A stretch of DNA of 50,038 bases, taken from Candidatus Sumerlaeota bacterium (lineage in GTDB: Bacteria > Sumerlaeota > Sumerlaeia > JABWBI01). The notes under the pieces are model-generated. The model did not search any database. It saw nothing but the letters and a program-made list of their open reading frames with translations, and was not told the origin of the DNA. Made by a program: the position numbers and the translations under genes. The stretch covers positions 1 through 50,038 of the forward strand of contig JAFGKF010000118.1 in NCBI GenBank assembly GCA_016928695.1, in the 5' to 3' direction. This document shows, one piece after another, positions 45,955-50,038 of the stretch (positions within the stretch are counted from its first letter, which is position 1; the number at the start of each line of letters is the position of its first letter).

Positions 45955-45983
45955 TTGACACGCCCACAGCCGCTCTGTACAAA
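45955..45983 (+). promoter_or_regulatory. Candidate sigma70-type promoter, TTGACA-N17-TACAAA, for rpsT
   Basis: Consensus -35 box, 17-nt spacer, 4/6 match in the -10 box, about 40 nt upstream of ATG 46021. Confidence 0.5.
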
Positions 45984-46020
45984 CACGCGCTCAATTGCAC
46001 ACAGGACGGACCTGAAACCC

Positions 46021-46284
46021 ATGCCCAACAACCAGTCGGCGAAGAAGCGCATGCGCCAGAACGCCAAGCGCCGCGAGCGCAACCGCGCTGCCAAGAGCGC
46101 GATGAAGACGGCCATCAAGAAGGCGAAGGCCGCGCCCAGCGACGACGCGCTCTCCCACGAGGCCCTGCGCACCATCGGCAAGACCGCCAAGCGCGGCGTC
46201 ATCCACGCCAACAGGGCCGCCCGCCTGGCGAGCCGCCTGCAGCGACGGATCAATGCGGCCAAGAGCGAGTCGCCGGCCAGCTGA
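46021..46284 (+). CDS. rpsT: 30S ribosomal protein S20
   Basis: MPNNQSAKKRMRQNAKRRERNRAAKSAMKTAIKK is the typical S20 N-terminus. 87 aa. The track ORF start at 45955 is the TTG of the promoter -35 box. Confidence 0.9.
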   Translation: MPNNQSAKKRMRQNAKRRERNRAAKSAMKTAIKKAKAAPSDDALSHEALRTIGKTAKRGVIHANRAARLASRLQRRINAAKSESPAS

Positions 46285-46313
46285 CCCCCTCCCCACCCCA
46301 GGGACATCGATCG

Positions 46314-46339
46314 GCGCGGCCCTCTCGCGGGGGCCGCGC
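46314..46339 (+). terminator. GC stem-loop after rpsT, with a weak U-tract
   Basis: GCGCGGCCC-N8-GGGCCGCGC. Confidence 0.3.
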
Positions 46340-46435
46340 TCGCTGCATCTGGGACCTTTGGAGTTGATCTGCCCGCCGCGCGAGATAAGGTGAATCCACT
46401 GCGAGGGATGTGCCAGTGGAAGGAGCAGAGAACCG

Positions 46436-47542
46436 ATGGCCAACGCGGAAAATCCGATCACCCAGCTTCTCAACCGGATGGTTCAGTGGCACGCATCCGA
46501 CCTGCACCTGCAGAGCGGAATCGTCCCATTCGTCCGCATCGAGGGAAAGCTGAGACCCGTCGACTGCCGCCCGCTGCGGCAGGATGAGATCGACGAGTTC
46601 GCCGGGGAGATTCTCGACGACCGCCACCGCAGGCTCTTCAAGGAGCGGGGCAGCGTCGATGTCGGCCACGCCTTCTCCAAGCGGATCCGCTTCCGCGTCA
46701 ACGTCTACAACCAGCGCGGGACGACCTCGGTCGCCTTCCGACTGATCGACTGCGACGTCCCCAGCGCCAAGGAGCTGTGCCTGCCCCCGGTGATCGAGAA
46801 GATCACGGACACCAAGCGGGGCATCATCTTGGTCACCGGCCCCGCGGGCTCGGGCAAGTCGACGACATTGGCCTCGATGATCGATCTGATCAACACCAAG
46901 CGATCCGAGCACATCATCACCGTCGAGGACCCGATCGAGTTCCTCCATGAGAACAAGAAGAGCCTGATCGAGCAGCGCGAGATCGGGTCGGACGCCGCCG
47001 ACTTCTACATCGCCCTGACCCACATGCTGCGGCAGGACCCCAACGTTCTGCTGATCGGCGAGATCCGTGACCTGGAGACCGTCACGATGTCGATCCGCGC
47101 CGCGCTGACGGGGCACCTGGTCTTCTCCACCCTTCACACGATCGGCACCATCCAGACGCTCGAGCGGCTGCTCCAGTACTACCAGCGCGAGGAGCGCGAG
47201 GCGGTGCGCAGCGAGCTCGCGCTGAGCATGCGATCGGTGATCAGTCAGCGCCTGGTGCCGGGCATCGACGGCAAGCGCTACCCGTGCGTCGAGGTCATGG
47301 TGGCCCTGGGAGTGATCCCCAAGCTCCTCCGCGAGGGTCGCTACGACGACATCATCATCGCCATCAAGGGCCGAGAGTACGGGATGCAGACGTTCGATCA
47401 GTCTCTGGTTGACCTCTTCGCGCGCAAGCTGATCTCCCTGGAGATCGGCGAGGCCCACGCCGATGACCCGGGCGGATTCAAGCGCATGGCCGCCGGCGGA
47501 TTCTCCTCCGACGACCGAGGAGCGATCATCTCCGACCTCTGA
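46436..47542 (+). CDS. pilT: PilT-family pilus retraction ATPase
   Basis: LLNRMVQWHASDLHLQSGIVPFVRIEG, Walker A VTGPAGSGKSTTLASMIDLIN, DPNVLLIGEIRD, GHLVFSTLHT. 368 aa and no N-terminal extension. SD GGAAGGAG. Confidence 0.85.
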   Translation: MANAENPITQLLNRMVQWHASDLHLQSGIVPFVRIEGKLRPVDCRPLRQDEIDEFAGEILDDRHRRLFKERGSVDVGHAFSKRIRFRVNVYNQRGTTSVAFRLIDCDVPSAKELCLPPVIEKITDTKRGIILVTGPAGSGKSTTLASMIDLINTKRSEHIITVEDPIEFLHENKKSLIEQREIGSDAADFYIALTHMLRQDPNVLLIGEIRDLETVTMSIRAALTGHLVFSTLHTIGTIQTLERLLQYYQREEREAVRSELALSMRSVISQRLVPGIDGKRYPCVEVMVALGVIPKLLREGRYDDIIIAIKGREYGMQTFDQSLVDLFARKLISLEIGEAHADDPGGFKRMAAGGFSSDDRGAIISDL

Positions 47543-47620
47543 GAGCAGTCCGCGAGCCCCGCCCCCCGAGGGGAAACAGGCTGCCGATCCCCCCCTGCGG
47601 AGACCGACGACACCGAGACC

Positions 47621-48100
47621 ATGATGACCGAATCCCCCCTGCCCACCCTGACCGAGCGCAAGGCGTCGATGAACGACGTGCCGGGCATCTTCCGCCTGAT
47701 CGGGTTCTGGGCCGACCAGCGGCAGATGCTGCCCAAGTCGCTGCATCAGATCTGCCACGCCATCCGCGAGTTCTGGGTCTCCGAGGAGGGGGGCGAGGTC
47801 ATCGGCTGCGCGGCGCTGCGCATCTACACGCAGAGGCTCGCGGAGATCTGCTCGCTGGCCGTCGCCCCGGGGCACCAGGGGCGCGGCATCGGCCAGAGAC
47901 TGGTCCAGCGATGCCTCGAGGAGGCGCGTGAGCTCGGCATCACACGGGTCTTCGGCCTGACCTACCAGGTCGCCTTCTTCGAGAGGCTCGGCTTCCAGGT
48001 CACCCCGATGGACATTCTCCCCGAGAAGGTCTGGCGCGACTGCGCGAGCTGCCCCTTTCTCGACAACTGCAACGAGACCGCCGTGATCATCGATCTCTGA
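47621..48100 (+). CDS. GNAT-family N-acetyltransferase (short ArgA-like)
   Basis: Acetyl-CoA motif LAVAPGHQGRGIGQRLVQ. 159 aa. C-terminal CASCPFLDNC as seen in short ArgA-like GNATs. Confidence 0.75.
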   Translation: MMTESPLPTLTERKASMNDVPGIFRLIGFWADQRQMLPKSLHQICHAIREFWVSEEGGEVIGCAALRIYTQRLAEICSLAVAPGHQGRGIGQRLVQRCLEEARELGITRVFGLTYQVAFFERLGFQVTPMDILPEKVWRDCASCPFLDNCNETAVIIDL

Positions 48101-48210
48101 GAGGGCTCTCCCGCCCCCCGAAAAATGGGGCCCGCCCCAAAGACCCGGTTGATTCAAGGGAGGCGCCGAATTAGAACTGCTTTCACAACCCAGCTCTCGG
48201 GGCCGTCACG

Positions 48211-48229
48211 GTTCTTGCAGTGCAAGAAC
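48211..48229. promoter_or_regulatory. Perfect 19-nt palindrome GTTCTTGCAGTGCAAGAAC (possible operator)
   Basis: 9-nt arms around a single central base, about 165 nt upstream of the EEP gene ATG, inside a 295-nt intergenic region. Confidence 0.35.
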
Positions 48230-48394
48230 GCGCGCCGGCCCCGGGCTCTTTGGGCGCCGTTTTCCCCGGGTTTCGCTCGCTTCCGCCGTCGCCTTGCAGG
48301 CTTTGGCGGACATGCCGCTCGCTTCACCCGGGGCTATGACCTTTCGCCCCTCCGGGGCTGAGTGAGGTTGAGAAACCACCTGTTGGGTTCACTG

Positions 48395-49924
48395 ATGACC
48401 GCACGTGACAGATCCCTGACCGCGCTCTGCCTCGCCGCACTCCTCCTGTCGGTGAGCCCCTTCGCCGGTGCCCAGGCTCTGCCCATCCTCATCGAGGGCG
48501 ACCTCTCGGACTGGGGGTCGCTGGCGCCGATCCACACCGATCCCTCGGGGGACGACGGCGGCTCCGCGGTCGACTTCGGCCGTCTCTGGGCCGCCAACGA
48601 CGACGATCACCTGTTCCTGCGCTTCGAGGTCGGCGGCGAGATCGAGCTGCAGGAGAGCAACGACATCGCACTCCACATCGATGCGGACAACAGCGCCCTG
48701 ACCGGCCTGTTCGTCGACGGCATCGGCGCGGAGATCCGGTGGCGATTCGGGGCGCGCGCGGGGAGCTCGTATCGCGCCAACGGGACGGTGGCGAGCTCGC
48801 TGAGCTGGATCGACATCGAGCAGATCCAGGGGCCGACCACCACATCCACGGAGTTCGAGCTCTCGATCATCCGAGACGGCATCCCGGGCGACTCCCCCTT
48901 CTCCCTCGGGAGCACCGTCGCGATTCTTCTGCGCAACGAGCCCTCGGGCGTCCTCGACCGCCTGCCGGACGTGGGGACGGTCGTGACCCACACCTTCGAC
49001 GCCACGCCCGTGCCGCCGCCCACGCCGATCCCGCTCGCCCGCCAGAGCCCCGACCACGTGCGCGTGATGACCCACAACACGCTCTCCGACGGGCTCTTCA
49101 ATCACACTGCGGAGTTCACCCGCATTCTCCAGGCGATCGAGCCCGACGTGATCTGCTTCCAGGAGATCTACTCGCACACGGCCACGGAGGTGCGCGACGA
49201 GGTGACATCGATCCTTCCCCCAGGCCCCTGGTACGCAGTGGACAACGCGGACTGCCACATCGTCAGCCGATGGCCGATCCTCACCACGCGCAATCTCGAT
49301 GGAAACATCGGGGCGCTGATCGACATCGCGGGCACGCTCTCCGATGCCGATCTCTATGTCGTCAGCGCGCACACCCCCTGCTGCTCGAGCGAGACGGGCC
49401 GCCAGGCGGAGATCGACAACATCATGGCCTGGGTCCGCGACCTCCAGACCCCTGGCGGGGTCGAGACGCTGGCCGATGACACACCCATCGTGATCACAGG
49501 CGATATGAATCTCGTGGGATACGCCCAGCAGCTGACGACGCTCCTCACGGGCGACATCGTGGACGAGGGGACCTTTGGCCCCGACCACCCGCCGGACTGG
49601 GACGGCACGGCGCTGGGCGATCCCGTGCCCCGCCACACGCACACACGCAGCGCTTACACCTGGAGAAGTGACGGGAGCTCCTATGCCCCCGGGAGACTGG
49701 ACTTCATCGTGTTCACCGACAGCGCAGTGACCCTCGGCAATCACTTCACACTGTGGACGCCGGACATGGCCCCGGCCGACCTGAGCGCGGCGGGTCTCCA
49801 GGCCAACGACACCTCCACCGCCGCGGATCACCTGCCGGTCGTCGCGGACTTCCTTCTCCCGGTCGCCACCCCGGCGGAGCTGACGATCTTCACGGCGGAA
49901 GACAGCCTGCGACGCACTCCATGA
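48395..49924 (+). CDS. Secreted endonuclease/exonuclease/phosphatase (EEP) family protein with an N-terminal CBM9/DOMON-like domain
   Basis: Signal peptide MTARDRSLTALCLAALLLSVSPFAGAQA. EEP motifs VMTHNTL, VICFQEIY, VVSAHTPC, VITGDMNLV, DHLPVVADF. The track start at 48362 is GTG. Confidence 0.8.
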   Translation: MTARDRSLTALCLAALLLSVSPFAGAQALPILIEGDLSDWGSLAPIHTDPSGDDGGSAVDFGRLWAANDDDHLFLRFEVGGEIELQESNDIALHIDADNSALTGLFVDGIGAEIRWRFGARAGSSYRANGTVASSLSWIDIEQIQGPTTTSTEFELSIIRDGIPGDSPFSLGSTVAILLRNEPSGVLDRLPDVGTVVTHTFDATPVPPPTPIPLARQSPDHVRVMTHNTLSDGLFNHTAEFTRILQAIEPDVICFQEIYSHTATEVRDEVTSILPPGPWYAVDNADCHIVSRWPILTTRNLDGNIGALIDIAGTLSDADLYVVSAHTPCCSSETGRQAEIDNIMAWVRDLQTPGGVETLADDTPIVITGDMNLVGYAQQLTTLLTGDIVDEGTFGPDHPPDWDGTALGDPVPRHTHTRSAYTWRSDGSSYAPGRLDFIVFTDSAVTLGNHFTLWTPDMAPADLSAAGLQANDTSTAADHLPVVADFLLPVATPAELTIFTAEDSLRRTP

Positions 49925-50038
49925 CGGCTCTCCCCTCGCCACCACCCCCTCTGACTCCACACCAGCGCTGGGCGGCGAGGATCGCCCTTCTGCTCCTGCT
50001 CGTCTCGCACATGGTGTATGTGTTTCCCCCTCACCCCT
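49921..50038 (+). CDS. Possible 5' end of a membrane protein gene (runs off the window)
   Basis: ATGA overlap with the upstream stop. MTALPSPPPPLTPHQRWAARIALLLLLVSHMVYVF... begins a hydrophobic helix. Only 39 codons are visible. Confidence 0.3.
   Translation, partial: MTALPSPPPPLTPHQRWAARIALLLLLVSHMVYVFPPHP

Noticed and set aside
50026-50038. CCCCCTCACCCCT at the window edge, considered as an inverted third copy of the GGGGTGAGGG repeat.
   Set aside because: Only 13 nt are visible, and they fall inside a plausible ORF that starts at 49921 with an ATGA overlap. The evidence is insufficient.

Overview
This is a GC-rich (by eye about two-thirds G+C), gene-dense 50-kb chromosomal segment. I support about 37 protein-coding genes. 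I recognised no rRNA, tRNA, CRISPR array, transposase or integrase. All domain calls come from reading motifs in the supplied translations; no searches were run. Most of the window is housekeeping: rimO, the cmk-plsC-rpsA block, rpsT, nadB, nupC, hspQ, serA, and the methyl-cycle genes ahcY and metK. Interleaved with these are envelope and secretion genes: (a) a compact pilus/T2SS-like operon at 3.8-8.8 kb with three small prepilin-type proteins, a long GspE/PilB ATPase and a GspF/PilC platform; (b) an LpxL-type acyltransferase, a GT2 synthase and a Tat-signal flavin amine oxidase; (c) a large multidomain secreted S8 protease; (d) two tandem phosphodiester-glycosidase (NAGPA-like) paralogs; (e) a secreted EEP-family nuclease/phosphatase; (f) a second, very atypical GspE-family ATPase plus PilT at 43-47.5 kb. 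The gene content, the repeats and the missing secretin suggest a PVC-type (Planctomycetota-like) high-GC bacterium, but that is inference only. I see no clean, self-contained mobile or defence island. The best candidates for something undescribed are: (1) a GspE-family ATPase fused to a signal peptide, a roughly 300-aa extracytoplasmic-looking domain, a Pro/Thr linker, a TM anchor and a zinc ribbon, placed divergently from an FHA-GAF-like protein; (2) a SAM-methyltransferase::D-Ala-D-Ala-ligase-like ATP-grasp fusion sitting among ahcY, metK and serA; (3) a translationally coupled operon of a 909-aa protein with a WYL-like C-terminus, a GGDEF cyclase and a secreted S8 protease. Several families of short GC-rich palindromic intergenic repeats are also present. 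The long ORFs lying antisense to recognisable genes are GC-driven shadow ORFs and are rejected.
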